DNA from: a virus | Lineage: Duplodnaviria > Caudoviricetes | Direction: 5' to 3' (one strand) | DNA: 56,832 nucleotides | IMG/VR virus record: IMGVR_UViG_3300020152_000004 | Coordinates: 1 to 56,832 of that record | Part shown: positions 9,881 through 18,764 of the stretch, piece after piece | Numbering within the stretch: the first letter of the stretch is position 1 | Layout: every line of letters starts with the position of its first letter | Program-made: the position numbers and the translations under genes | Notes under the pieces: generated by a model | What the model was told of the DNA's origin: nothing | The model's input: only the letters and a program-made list of their open reading frames with translations | The model's database searches: none

Positions 9881-10605
9881 TGCGGCGGCTTCGCCCATAC
9901 CTGATCGGGGGAGCCGTAGCGGTCCTCGCGATCGCGCTTCTTCTCGTTTACCGGGCAGGCAAGGATGCGCAACGCGTTGCGGATCAAGTCACGATCCAGC
10001 AGGCGCAGCTGGAGCGTGAGAACGCCATCGCGCGCGCGGACTCGAGCCGCCGGTTGTGGCAGGCCGATTCCGCCGTCGCATACCGCCGCGTCCAGCAGCT
10101 CGAGCTCGCGGCGATCCAGCTGACGGACTCACTCCGGATCCAGCGCCGCATGACGGCCGAGCTGGTCATCCGAACCGACACGTTGCGCGCGCGCATCGCT
10201 GCCGCGCCGGTTCCGGATAGCGCGGGCGTGCGGCGCCAGGCGTTCCACGCGGAGCAGCCGCCGATCACGGTAGACGTCGACGTCGAGGCCCGCCCCGACT
10301 CGATCCTGGCGCTCATACGGGCATCGCTCGCGCCGATCCGGCTGAATGTCACCGGCGGATGCGTTGATCAGCCCGGATCCGTACGGGCCGCGTACGTGAC
10401 GGCGTCTGCGCAGGGCTTCCCGAACATCGATGTCGGCTCCTCCACCTTCGCTCCGGACGTGTGCAATCCGCTGCCGGTCCCTGAGCATCGCACGCTCGGT
10501 GATAAGGTGCGCACCGGCATTCCGTGGGCGGTGGCCGGCGGCGCTGCAGTGCTCCTCTGGAATGACATCAAGGATGTAGTGACATCCATCCTCGGAAAGG
10601 AATAG
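9874..10605 (+). CDS. Putative spanin-like (Rz-like) membrane protein
   Basis: N-terminal TM, long coiled-coil, second hydrophobic segment near the C-terminus; follows the endolysin. Confidence 0.5.
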   Translation: MVMRRLRPYLIGGAVAVLAIALLLVYRAGKDAQRVADQVTIQQAQLERENAIARADSSRRLWQADSAVAYRRVQQLELAAIQLTDSLRIQRRMTAELVIRTDTLRARIAAAPVPDSAGVRRQAFHAEQPPITVDVDVEARPDSILALIRASLAPIRLNVTGGCVDQPGSVRAAYVTASAQGFPNIDVGSSTFAPDVCNPLPVPEHRTLGDKVRTGIPWAVAGGAAVLLWNDIKDVVTSILGKE

Positions 10606-10608
10606 ATC

Positions 10609-11157
10609 ATGGCCATCGTAGCGACCGACATTCTGTTCAAGCTCTCGCGCACTGCAGGCTCTGCCGGCGACGCAGGCTCGAGCACGCCCGCGGCATCGCT
10701 CGGCAAGTACATCTCGACCACGGCCATCGACCTGGGCACGCCGCTGAACAACCTCTTCGACGATATCTCGGGCGACGAGGCCGCGGCAGGCCGGGTCGAG
10801 TATCGCTGCTTCTTCGTGCACAACAACCACGCGACGCTCGCGCTGCTCGTTCCCGTGCGTGCGTGGATCAGCGCGGATGCGGCGGGTGGCGCCGCATGGG
10901 CGATCGGCCTGGACCCCGCTGGCGTCACGGCAAAGGGAAGCGCCTCGGCCCAGGCGGCCGAGATCGCGGACGAGACCACCGCTCCGTCCGGCGTCTCGTT
11001 CAGCGCGCCGACTGACAAAGCCGGCGGGCTGGTTATCGCCAGCATCCCGGCCCAGTCGGTCGTGGCGATCTGGGTCCGTCGCACAATCACAGCAGGAACC
11101 GCTGCGGTGGATGCCGACAGCGTCACCCTGCGCGTCGAGGGAGACACCGCCGCATGA
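10609..11157 (+). CDS. Hypothetical protein, probably virion-associated beta-rich
   Basis: 182 aa, good RBS (aaggaa); NNLFDDISGDE...EYRCFFVHN...AIWVRRT pattern seen in phage structural accessory proteins. Confidence 0.6.
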   Translation: MAIVATDILFKLSRTAGSAGDAGSSTPAASLGKYISTTAIDLGTPLNNLFDDISGDEAAAGRVEYRCFFVHNNHATLALLVPVRAWISADAAGGAAWAIGLDPAGVTAKGSASAQAAEIADETTAPSGVSFSAPTDKAGGLVIASIPAQSVVAIWVRRTITAGTAAVDADSVTLRVEGDTAA

Positions 11158-12185
11158 CATGGAATCCGAGAAGCATCGTGAAGGTGGCAGCCCTGGTCGT
11201 ACTGGCGCTGCTGGCCATTGCACTTCCTGCAGCTGCACAAACGCGTGCGCAGGCGGACAGCCTGCGCGCGAAGATGGTGAGTGCCTGCGGCGCCGCGAAG
11301 GCCGCGGACACGCAGCTGACAAAGGCCGTCGCCGCGGATTCGGCGACGCGCGACGTGCAGTTCACGGAGCTCATCCGCTCCCGCGGCTTCGTGCGCTCGA
11401 GCATCACGCAGTGCACGAGCTCGATTGCGTACTTCGATCAGTTGCTCGGCCGGGCGCCAGCGCCTGCGCCGGTACCGCCGGCTCCGCCGTCGACGGGGTC
11501 GCCATTCTTCGCGGACGACGGCACAACACTCACGGGCACCGGGCGCTGGACGGAGTTCAACCAGGTGTCGCGCGTCACGTTCGACGGTGGCCCTGCGTTG
11601 CGGTTCCGCTATCGGGCGAACCCGATCGGCGAGGACGGCTGGAGCGAGCTGCGCCTGCAGCTGACGCCGGACGCTGCGTCAGCCCCGACCGAGGTGTGGA
11701 TGGAGTACGAGTGGCATGTGCCGCTCAACTACCAGCACCGCGGCGGTGCTCCCACGAATAACAAATTCATGACGCTCTGGGCGGAGACGTACAGCGGCGG
11801 GCGGGACGCGCAGTTCTACCTGTCGCTCGAGCGCCAGTCGGACACGTCCTCGCGCCTCGCAATCATTTCCATCCACGGCGACGACCCGCGGCGGAACACG
11901 GAGCGCGGCTGGTTCGAGGCGTCGAACTTCGTCACGCCTGCCGACTTCGGGAAATGGATGAAGGTCCGCATCCATGCTCGAATCGCGAGGGACGGCGGTG
12001 TCCGGGTGTGGAAGAACGGTCAGCTATTCGTGCAGACCGGGCCGTACAACATGGTCTCGGCCGGCGCGAATCTGAACTACTTCCGGCACGGCTACCTGAT
12101 GGGCTGGAGCAACAGCGGCTTCACGCAGCAGACCGACTTCCATATCCGGAACTTGGAGATCTTCCGGGTCAACCCCGGCTGGTGA
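11154..12185 (+). CDS. Signal-peptide-bearing polysaccharide-lyase-like / LamG beta-jelly-roll protein
   Basis: Sec signal ending in AAA|Q, Pro-rich linker, then ALRFRY, EVWMEYEWHVP, NNKF, GKWMKVRIH, VRVWKNG. Confidence 0.55.
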   Translation: MTWNPRSIVKVAALVVLALLAIALPAAAQTRAQADSLRAKMVSACGAAKAADTQLTKAVAADSATRDVQFTELIRSRGFVRSSITQCTSSIAYFDQLLGRAPAPAPVPPAPPSTGSPFFADDGTTLTGTGRWTEFNQVSRVTFDGGPALRFRYRANPIGEDGWSELRLQLTPDAASAPTEVWMEYEWHVPLNYQHRGGAPTNNKFMTLWAETYSGGRDAQFYLSLERQSDTSSRLAIISIHGDDPRRNTERGWFEASNFVTPADFGKWMKVRIHARIARDGGVRVWKNGQLFVQTGPYNMVSAGANLNYFRHGYLMGWSNSGFTQQTDFHIRNLEIFRVNPGW

Positions 12186-12190
12186 GCTGA

Positions 12191-13549
12191 ATGGCGTTCT
12201 CCGACAATTTCAACCGGGCTGACGGTACCGTAGGCACTACGAACTACGATACCGTCACCGGATTCAACCTCTGCAACATCTTCAGCAATGGCTTTCGAGG
12301 GAATGGTGATCTCTCGATGGCTCTGGTGAAGACGTCTGCTGAGGACTTCGGAGACGACCAGGAAACGCAGTTTACCGTCGTATCCGTCGGCACCGGCGAC
12401 ATCATCGGCATGGTGGTGCGCGGATCGACAGCTGGCACCGGCTACCTGTTCTGGCTGGACGGCGTCGCGGAAGCCTCCCGAGGCATATACCGCTTCGCCA
12501 GCGCTGCGTCGATGACAAAGATCAGCGGCAGTACTCAGATCATCGATGCAGTGGCTGGCGATGTCGTTCGGTTCAGGGCAGAGGGGAATACCCTCACGGT
12601 CTATGTGAATGGAGTCGCAGTCGCGACCGCCACGGACTCCACATACACGACGGGCCAGCCTGGCATCTGGTACGCTCGCTCGAATATCAACGCTTCGCGC
12701 GCGGACGACTTCTCGGCCCAATCACTCAGCAGCACGACGCCTGTCGGCCGAGATCTCACGTCGACGGCCCGCGTCCGGAATGCGATCGGACGGTCAGCAA
12801 CCTCGACTGCGAATGTCCGCGGCACGTCGACCAGGTCGGTCACGCACACGGCAAACGTACGGGCAACGGCGACCCGGTCTATCACATCGGCCGCCAACGT
12901 TCGGAACGCCTCGGGCCGATCGGGAACGTTCGAGTCCTCGGTGCGAGATCTCGCCGGCCGCGATGCGCAACTCGACGCCAATGTGCGCGCCGCGGCGGGG
13001 CAATCCGCGCAAGCCACCGCGAACATCAGGAACGTGGTCGGACGCGACCTGGGCGTCGCTGCGGATGTCGAGGGGGTGGCCGGGACTGTCGGCCGATCGA
13101 TCGAGTTCGCCGCCTCGATCCGTACCACTGCCGGTCAGGAAGCGGAGCTCGCTGCGAGCGTCCGGGCGACTGTCACCCGCTCAGGCACGGTCGCCGCCAA
13201 TGTGCGCGCCGCATCAGGAAGGGATCTGACAGTCGGCGGCGGGGTCCGGGGCCCGGCCGGAAGGAGTGTCACGGCCTCGAGTGACATCCGAGGCACCGTC
13301 CAGAGGACCGGGTCCTTCTCGGCGAGCCTGCGTGAACTGACCGGCCGCAGTCTCGGTACATCCGCGAACGTGCGCATGCTGGTCGGCCGAACAATCGAGT
13401 TGCGAGCCAGGCTGGGCGACGCTCCGGAAATTCCGCGGCCTGGCACCATCACATTGACGTTGCTCGAGAGAACAGCCACTGCAGAGGCTCTCACCCGTGA
13501 CACATCGATCACAGTGCTCGAGCGCGGTCTCACCATCGGAGTCGAATAA
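12191..13549 (+). CDS. Fibre-like protein: ConA/LamG-like N-domain plus about 16 tandem 14-aa repeats
   Basis: FSDNFNRADG...GDVVRFRAEG.TLTVYVNG...TGQPGI, then GR(S/D)xxxxAxVRxxx repeats. Confidence 0.7.
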   Translation: MAFSDNFNRADGTVGTTNYDTVTGFNLCNIFSNGFRGNGDLSMALVKTSAEDFGDDQETQFTVVSVGTGDIIGMVVRGSTAGTGYLFWLDGVAEASRGIYRFASAASMTKISGSTQIIDAVAGDVVRFRAEGNTLTVYVNGVAVATATDSTYTTGQPGIWYARSNINASRADDFSAQSLSSTTPVGRDLTSTARVRNAIGRSATSTANVRGTSTRSVTHTANVRATATRSITSAANVRNASGRSGTFESSVRDLAGRDAQLDANVRAAAGQSAQATANIRNVVGRDLGVAADVEGVAGTVGRSIEFAASIRTTAGQEAELAASVRATVTRSGTVAANVRAASGRDLTVGGGVRGPAGRSVTASSDIRGTVQRTGSFSASLRELTGRSLGTSANVRMLVGRTIELRARLGDAPEIPRPGTITLTLLERTATAEALTRDTSITVLERGLTIGVE

Positions 13550-13860
13550 TGGCCAGAATCGGGTCCACCGTCCGGCTGACTTTCACGTTCCGCGCCTTCC
13601 CCGTGCCTCCGGCAACGGTAGGGGAGCTGGCCGACTCGAGCACGCCGGTCATGATCCAGCCGATGAAGGGGAAGAAGGCGATCGGCAGCCCGATCAACCT
13701 GATGGAGGCCGGCGGCTCACACCCCAGCCTGGGCGTCTACCAGTACGACTACGTCATCCCGGACGTCGACGCACCGGTGATCACGATCGAGGCGACCGGC
13801 ACCATCGAAGGGACGCCGTCAGTGGCGCGGGAAGGGATTCCGATCAGCTGGGGGGCGTAG
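13549..13860 (+). CDS. Small Ig-like/BppU-like structural protein
   Basis: GSTVRLTFTF...GVYQYDY; last gene of the late rightward transcript. Confidence 0.5.
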   Translation: MARIGSTVRLTFTFRAFPVPPATVGELADSSTPVMIQPMKGKKAIGSPINLMEAGGSHPSLGVYQYDYVIPDVDAPVITIEATGTIEGTPSVAREGIPISWGA

Positions 13861-15859
13861 CGGATTTAAGATGATCAGGAAGGTACTGGCTGTGCGTGCG
13901 TTTGAGGTAGTCCAATCCTGCCGCACGATCAGCGGTAAACTGCAGCTTTTCCTCGAACATCTTCAAGCGCGCCTTACAGTCGTTGATGACCTCTGACCAT
14001 GATTTGACCCACACCGTCATCCGCAGCTGGGAGTTCTGGTAGAGGATACCGCGTGGCCGGTTGTCCTGCTGAATCTCACTACGTACGTCGGGATGGATGT
14101 CATTCGAGACAGCCCAGAACACCCACTTCGTTTCAAGATCCCGAAATCTCTCGTCGCGTTGAACCGCCAAGGCATAGCTCTTAATCTGTTGAGCCACATT
14201 CGGAGTGATTTTCTGCCTGGGTCGTTTTAGCTCGACAACCAAATGCTCTCGCTTGCTGGCATCCTGATGGTAGATGAGCCGTGACAACATCAAGTCGATG
14301 ATACCGTCGGATCCATCGCTGCGCACCACGGGAACATGGGCATCTGTTTTCTCGCCCTCGTCCTGAAGTGGGTCCTCTACTGGCCGCAGGTGCGTGGATC
14401 GATGCTGGAGAAGCACTTCATTCAATGACTCATCGTCGACAGTCAGATTGTACTCCTCTCCGAATATCCACGTCTCTCGCGCTAGGATCCGATGCAGTTC
14501 CTTACGTTCGAGTAGGGTTTTCTTTGAGACAGGATCGTAAAGCAGGATTTCTAGCCCGCGGATAAACTCCAACCGTTCCGCAACCATATTGGCGGCCTCA
14601 ATGACCGCCGAGAGTGATGTCCGTTCTAGAAGTCGGGCAAGCTCATTCTGTTTGTCCGAGGGCAAGGCCAAGACATCGCGGAAGATGCGCTGCAGCGCTT
14701 CTGGGTTCTCCTTAAGGGCGCCTTTAAGTAGTTCGAACGAAAACTTCTTGCTGGTGGGATCTGCCTCTGCGAACGAAGGCATATAGTTGTTGACGTTGAT
14801 CGCGAGAACGTCGAACATCTGCCGTTCGACCTGCTCGACCACGTCCCTCGGCTGGCCTTGATACGGGTATACCTTGTCTCGCTTCCATTCCTCCACGAGA
14901 TCCGCTCGTTGCTCTGCCGCGCGCGCTCTAAAATGATCGCGAAGCTGCTTTTTCGCGGCGGCAACAATGGGCTCAAGCACCGGATTCTCTGGTCCCAGTT
15001 CCAACAAGTTGGCTTCTTCGAGTTCCTTAATATAAGAGGTTCGCAAATAGCAAGTATACGAAAACCCCGGCGCATGAATCCGCGGCTGGAAAGAGAACAA
15101 AGAGAACCCATTCGCGTCACACAAATGCAACGATCTACTAAATTCGGTCTTCCACTCGACGATCGTTAGCACCATGTCGTGGATCCATGTGCCACCCGGA
15201 ACCTGTACGGAATCAAGCCTGTATTCTTGAACGTGCAGCTCAAGGTCTGCTGGATGCAGGCGGCTCTTGTGGTATACGACCGAGATGTCCGGGTAGTTGC
15301 GGAGATATAGTGCAAAGAGCTCCAGCAGTTCTTCGCGGGTCGATTGCTTCAAAAGGTGCGCAAGGTTGGGACGCACGCTGCCGATAGACACCGTGGTTCC
15401 TGTCTGGGTATCATCGCTCGGGATCGAATCGGAGATGTCGAATTGACGGATATCCTGCTTTGATCCCTTGATTCTGAACTCCTGCAGGCGACCAGGTTCC
15501 CCCGTGACGGTTCTCCACTCGACGTCCTCACCTAGTGCGTAGGCCCTTAACCTGCCTTTGCCTTCCTTCCCATGAATGGTTCGGCCGCGCGTGCGAGTTT
15601 TCTGACGGTTTCTCTTCCATGAACCGCCAATGCTCCCAAAGCCCGCCTCGGCGTCAGCTTCGGTCATCCCTGTACCGTTATCGGTGACCGTTATGCCGGC
15701 GATGCTCCCGTTCAACAGACTCTGGTCAAAATCGACCCGGATCAGCGTCGCATCAGCGTCGAGCGCATTCCAAACCAGTTCCGCCAAGGCGACAACGGGG
15801 CGGGCGTTCGTGAGCGCGTGAACGTGGTCGGATGCTACCTTCATTGTTACGCGCTTCAA
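13844..15859 (-). CDS. GHKL (HATPase_c/MORC-like) ATPase fused to a C-terminal PD-(D/E)xK nuclease; putative anti-phage moron
   Basis: ELVWNALDA, DNGTGM, GKEGKGR, GTTV GHKL motifs; WIFGEEY, IDLML, VVELKRP, QIKSY nuclease motifs; TTG start at 15859 after a GGAGGGAGG RBS; more AT-rich than flanks. Confidence 0.8.
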   Translation of the reverse strand: MKRVTMKVASDHVHALTNARPVVALAELVWNALDADATLIRVDFDQSLLNGSIAGITVTDNGTGMTEADAEAGFGSIGGSWKRNRQKTRTRGRTIHGKEGKGRLRAYALGEDVEWRTVTGEPGRLQEFRIKGSKQDIRQFDISDSIPSDDTQTGTTVSIGSVRPNLAHLLKQSTREELLELFALYLRNYPDISVVYHKSRLHPADLELHVQEYRLDSVQVPGGTWIHDMVLTIVEWKTEFSRSLHLCDANGFSLFSFQPRIHAPGFSYTCYLRTSYIKELEEANLLELGPENPVLEPIVAAAKKQLRDHFRARAAEQRADLVEEWKRDKVYPYQGQPRDVVEQVERQMFDVLAINVNNYMPSFAEADPTSKKFSFELLKGALKENPEALQRIFRDVLALPSDKQNELARLLERTSLSAVIEAANMVAERLEFIRGLEILLYDPVSKKTLLERKELHRILARETWIFGEEYNLTVDDESLNEVLLQHRSTHLRPVEDPLQDEGEKTDAHVPVVRSDGSDGIIDLMLSRLIYHQDASKREHLVVELKRPRQKITPNVAQQIKSYALAVQRDERFRDLETKWVFWAVSNDIHPDVRSEIQQDNRPRGILYQNSQLRMTVWVKSWSEVINDCKARLKMFEEKLQFTADRAAGLDYLKRTHSQYLPDHLKSATPPS

Positions 15860-16125
15860 GACCCGACCCTCCCTCCAACGGTAGCTGACGAGGCGTCCCT
15901 CCGCCTCGCGTTCTCGACCAACTCCCCGATCGCCGCGAACAGTTCCTCGCTGTCCACATCCGGATCCACCGGAATCACCCCTGAATACCAGCGGTGACGG
16001 TCCGTTCGGCGAAGCCCGACCCACCAAGTGGGGTTCCCGCGCTCGAGCGCCATGCGGCCGCCGATCGGCTCCAGCTCGTATGCGATCTCCCATGTGCCGG
16101 ACGGGCGTTCAACAAAACGGGTCAC
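15856..16125 (-). CDS. Hypothetical protein
   Basis: 89 aa, 4-bp overlaps with both neighbours. Confidence 0.55.
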   Translation of the reverse strand: MTRFVERPSGTWEIAYELEPIGGRMALERGNPTWWVGLRRTDRHRWYSGVIPVDPDVDSEELFAAIGELVENARRRDASSATVGGRVGS

Positions 16126-16802
16126 GGAGTCTCCTCCCGAAGTGACACTCCCGCGGCGCGGGCGGCATCCATCATACTCGTTCTGACAGCGACGTAGTCC
16201 TCAGCACTGTCCATGCTGGCGAACATTGCTCGTAGGTTGGCTTCGGCATTGTCGTCGAGATGAGGCGCTAGTATGAGAATGTTACTCTCAAACGTGCGAT
16301 GAAGAATCATTGCCTTATCTATGATGTTGTAGGAAACAACGCCGAAAAGTGTAACCGCTCCAATCAAAATGAATAGCAAGGCTTGGAGCTTTCGTAGCTC
16401 TTTCCTGTAGACGCGCGCCATCCGCTCAGCCCGTGTATCCACGTCGCCCCGCTCGCCCTCGAGTTCTACGCGCATCTCAAGCTTTCGCGTCAAACGGCGA
16501 GCCTTGGGTTTACTGAACAAGACTCCGACCGCAACCGATGGGAGCATGATAATTAGGTATAGTATCACCATCCCCGGGAGAGGACGGGGATCTAGTGCTG
16601 CCGCGGAGTAGGGAAGATCACGCACATACCGAGAGCCGAGCGTAACACCGTAGGATATTGCGGATGCTACGCGATTGAGGCCGGGCCGCGCGATGAGATC
16701 CCAGATTCCACTTCCAATCACACCTATCGCTAGAGCCCCGAGCGCCGTGACGGCGAACCTGTTCAGCCTCGAAGGCCGATCCCCCGTGCCCATGGACAGC
16801 AT
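16122..16802 (-). CDS. Three-TM membrane protein (moron; possible superinfection exclusion/defence)
   Basis: Three hydrophobic segments, atypical codon usage, in the repressor-led leftward operon. Confidence 0.7.
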   Translation of the reverse strand: MLSMGTGDRPSRLNRFAVTALGALAIGVIGSGIWDLIARPGLNRVASAISYGVTLGSRYVRDLPYSAAALDPRPLPGMVILYLIIMLPSVAVGVLFSKPKARRLTRKLEMRVELEGERGDVDTRAERMARVYRKELRKLQALLFILIGAVTLFGVVSYNIIDKAMILHRTFESNILILAPHLDDNAEANLRAMFASMDSAEDYVAVRTSMMDAARAAGVSLREETP

Positions 16803-16812
16803 TCAAACGCTC

Positions 16813-17025
16813 CTAATTGTATAAGCCGCGATCGATTCGCATGAGCAGATAGAGCTCCATCCGCTCGATCGCGTGCGTCAGGTCGCACACCGCCCGGGGA
16901 TTACAGCTCCACTCGAGTCGGCTTCTCCTCATCTCGAGGAGACATGCTTCGATGACGTCCCGCTCGGTGAATGGCGAGCACTCGCAGTCCACCAGGAGAT
17001 ACATGTCCTCCCGGCAACCGCTCAT
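16813..17025 (-). CDS. Small Cys-rich hypothetical protein
   Basis: ATG 17025 overlaps the upstream stop (ATGA); 70 aa. Confidence 0.45.
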   Translation of the reverse strand: MSGCREDMYLLVDCECSPFTERDVIEACLLEMRRSRLEWSCNPRAVCDLTHAIERMELYLLMRIDRGLYN

Positions 17026-17372
17026 GGAACGATCAGCATCCACAGGACGATCGCCACGATCACGAATGCGACCAGTTTGGCGATCTGCGTTTTGGGGCTG
17101 TCCACGGCGGATGCCGCAACAATGCGCTCTGTCTCAGCATTGGTGTGGGCCGCCCATGCCTGCAGTTCCTCGGCGTACATATCCCAGAAACGCTTCGCGT
17201 CGACTTCGGATAGGAGTGCAGCGAAACGTCGTGCCTCGTCGGTATTGTCAATGTCCACCTGGTGCATGTTCAGCCCCGCCGAGGCTGCGGCGTTCAAGGC
17301 TGCGCCGTGGCGAGCCACGAGCGACCGAACGGCGGCACGCTCGAGAGGGTGCGGCACCATCCTGGGATCCAT
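17022..17372 (-). CDS. Hypothetical protein with C-terminal TM anchor
   Basis: ATG 17372 just after the reconstructed peptidase stop; ends ...KLVAFVIVAIVLWMLIVP. Confidence 0.6.
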   Translation of the reverse strand: MDPRMVPHPLERAAVRSLVARHGAALNAAASAGLNMHQVDIDNTDEARRFAALLSEVDAKRFWDMYAEELQAWAAHTNAETERIVAASAVDSPKTQIAKLVAFVIVAIVLWMLIVP

Positions 17373-17379
17373 GCTTTCC

Positions 17380-17897
17380 CTAATCCAGATAATGATCGAT
17401 GAGTGCGCGCATGCGAATGACACGCGGCGCGAGATCACGAATCCGGTAGTCCTGCCACCCTCGGTCCTCGAGCGGAACCATCTCGCGAATTTTCGACTCT
17501 ACCCATTCCTCACCTTGGCCCAGGTGCACCTCGTCGAGCATTCCACAGAGGGCAAAGAGGTCGCTGGTCGGCTCGCACGCGCCGGAAGAGGATCGATATG
17601 GTGCATGATGACCGGCCCCTCCTCCTCGACGTCGCCGGCGCGGATGTGCTGCGTCTCGTGCAGAATGATGTAGCGTCGAGCTGAACCCCGGATGCCAGGC
17701 TGCAGCGCCAGGCGGAAATGAACGAGACCCCGGTCACCGAACGGGAAGGTCAACAGAGCGGGCACACTCAAACCTTCAATCGTGTGGACCCGGAGATTGG
17801 CTGCACCTGCAAGCCGGTCTGTGTCCGCGTCTGATACGGGGAATCCCCGAGCGTACTCGGGCACCACCGTTCGCGCCCAAGTGACGGCGCGCAGCAC
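17380..17897 (-). pseudogene. ImmA/IrrE-family Zn metallopeptidase (antirepressor), frameshifted near 17580
   Basis: RRYIILHETQH (HExxH) in one frame; ACEPTSDLFALCGML...IDHYLD* in another frame ending at TAG 17380; adjacent to the repressor; start uncertain. Confidence 0.7.
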
Positions 17898-17910
17898 GCG
17901 ACGCTCGAGA

Positions 17911-18390
17911 CTACTCGGCCGGCTGGTCGGTGGAGCCGAGTATTCTGTCTCGGATCCGGTCGAGCGCCGCCAGCTTGTCCTTTTTCCATCCGTCATCGAC
18001 AGCGACTCCATAGACGGTCTTGACCAGGTCCCCCGGTGAATAGCGCCGGAAGGCGGTCCGGAGGCCGCCACTGACCCCCATCAGGTCCAGCAACTCCTCG
18101 ACCGCGTCCGTCGCGTAGGACCCCGCAGCTTCCGGGACCACCCCCGCCCCTGTTCCACGTGACACTAGATGGCGGTCGATGCCGAGTTCCCGTTCCAAGG
18201 TCTCGACGGCGCGCACCATGGGCCCCCGAACCTCGTCGTTCATACGCCGGGTGGGATAGTAATCCTTTGCCATATAACGATATACGGTACGGGACGGAAG
18301 CCCGAACCGTCTCTCTATGTCCTCGGCCGACGCCTGGGCGGCGACGACCTTGAATCGATCAATAAGAGCCCTCTCGCCAGATTCCGCCAC
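17911..18390 (-). CDS. Putative immunity repressor (HTH)
   Basis: SAEDIERRFGLPSRTVYRYM HTH; divergent from the cro-like gene; GTG start after an AAGGGG RBS; no S24 autopeptidase domain seen. Confidence 0.7.
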   Translation of the reverse strand: MAESGERALIDRFKVVAAQASAEDIERRFGLPSRTVYRYMAKDYYPTRRMNDEVRGPMVRAVETLERELGIDRHLVSRGTGAGVVPEAAGSYATDAVEELLDLMGVSGGLRTAFRRYSPGDLVKTVYGVAVDDGWKKDKLAALDRIRDRILGSTDQPAE

Positions 18391-18397
18391 GAACCCC

Positions 18398-18426
18398 TTG
18401 CACCTTCCGCCATGAACCGCTATGAT
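18398..18426 (+). promoter_or_regulatory. Early rightward promoter (PR-like)
   Basis: TTGCAC(18398-403)-17 nt-TATGAT(18421-26), near-consensus, upstream of the cro-like gene. Confidence 0.75.
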
Positions 18427-18482
18427 GTGCCACGTTATCCGTATCGAACGAAACGAAACACGAAGCAAGGTAAGACGCCCAG

Positions 18483-18764
18483 ATGGCCACAGGCAACGCA
18501 CTTCGAGTCGATGGACTGATCGTCACGCTGCTGAGCGGGAGAGAGAAGCTGCGTGCACTGGTGGTCAATCGAAACGGGACGATTCAAGGCTGGGCGCAGT
18601 CCCACGGGCTCTATCCCGCGCAAGTCCACATGACGCTCTCCGGGACGCGCGAATACCCCGAGGTGCGCGAGCGCCTGGCAGCCGACTTCGACATCCCGCG
18701 AGACGAAATCGACGCCCTCCTCGATGCCGATGGAGACACATCGGAAGGCAGCTCCAATGCCTGA
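18483..18764 (+). CDS. Cro-like HTH regulator
   Basis: TIQGWAQSHGLYPAQVHMTLSG...VRERLA; first gene of the early operon. Confidence 0.7.
   Translation: MATGNALRVDGLIVTLLSGREKLRALVVNRNGTIQGWAQSHGLYPAQVHMTLSGTREYPEVRERLAADFDIPRDEIDALLDADGDTSEGSSNA

Noticed and set aside
15860-16093. N-terminal extension of the 749-aa ORF, and similar upstream extensions of SbcC, DUF5131, TerL and ParB-MTase in the ORF track
   Set aside because: They overlap real upstream genes; downstream starts with an RBS or ATGA coupling fit better.
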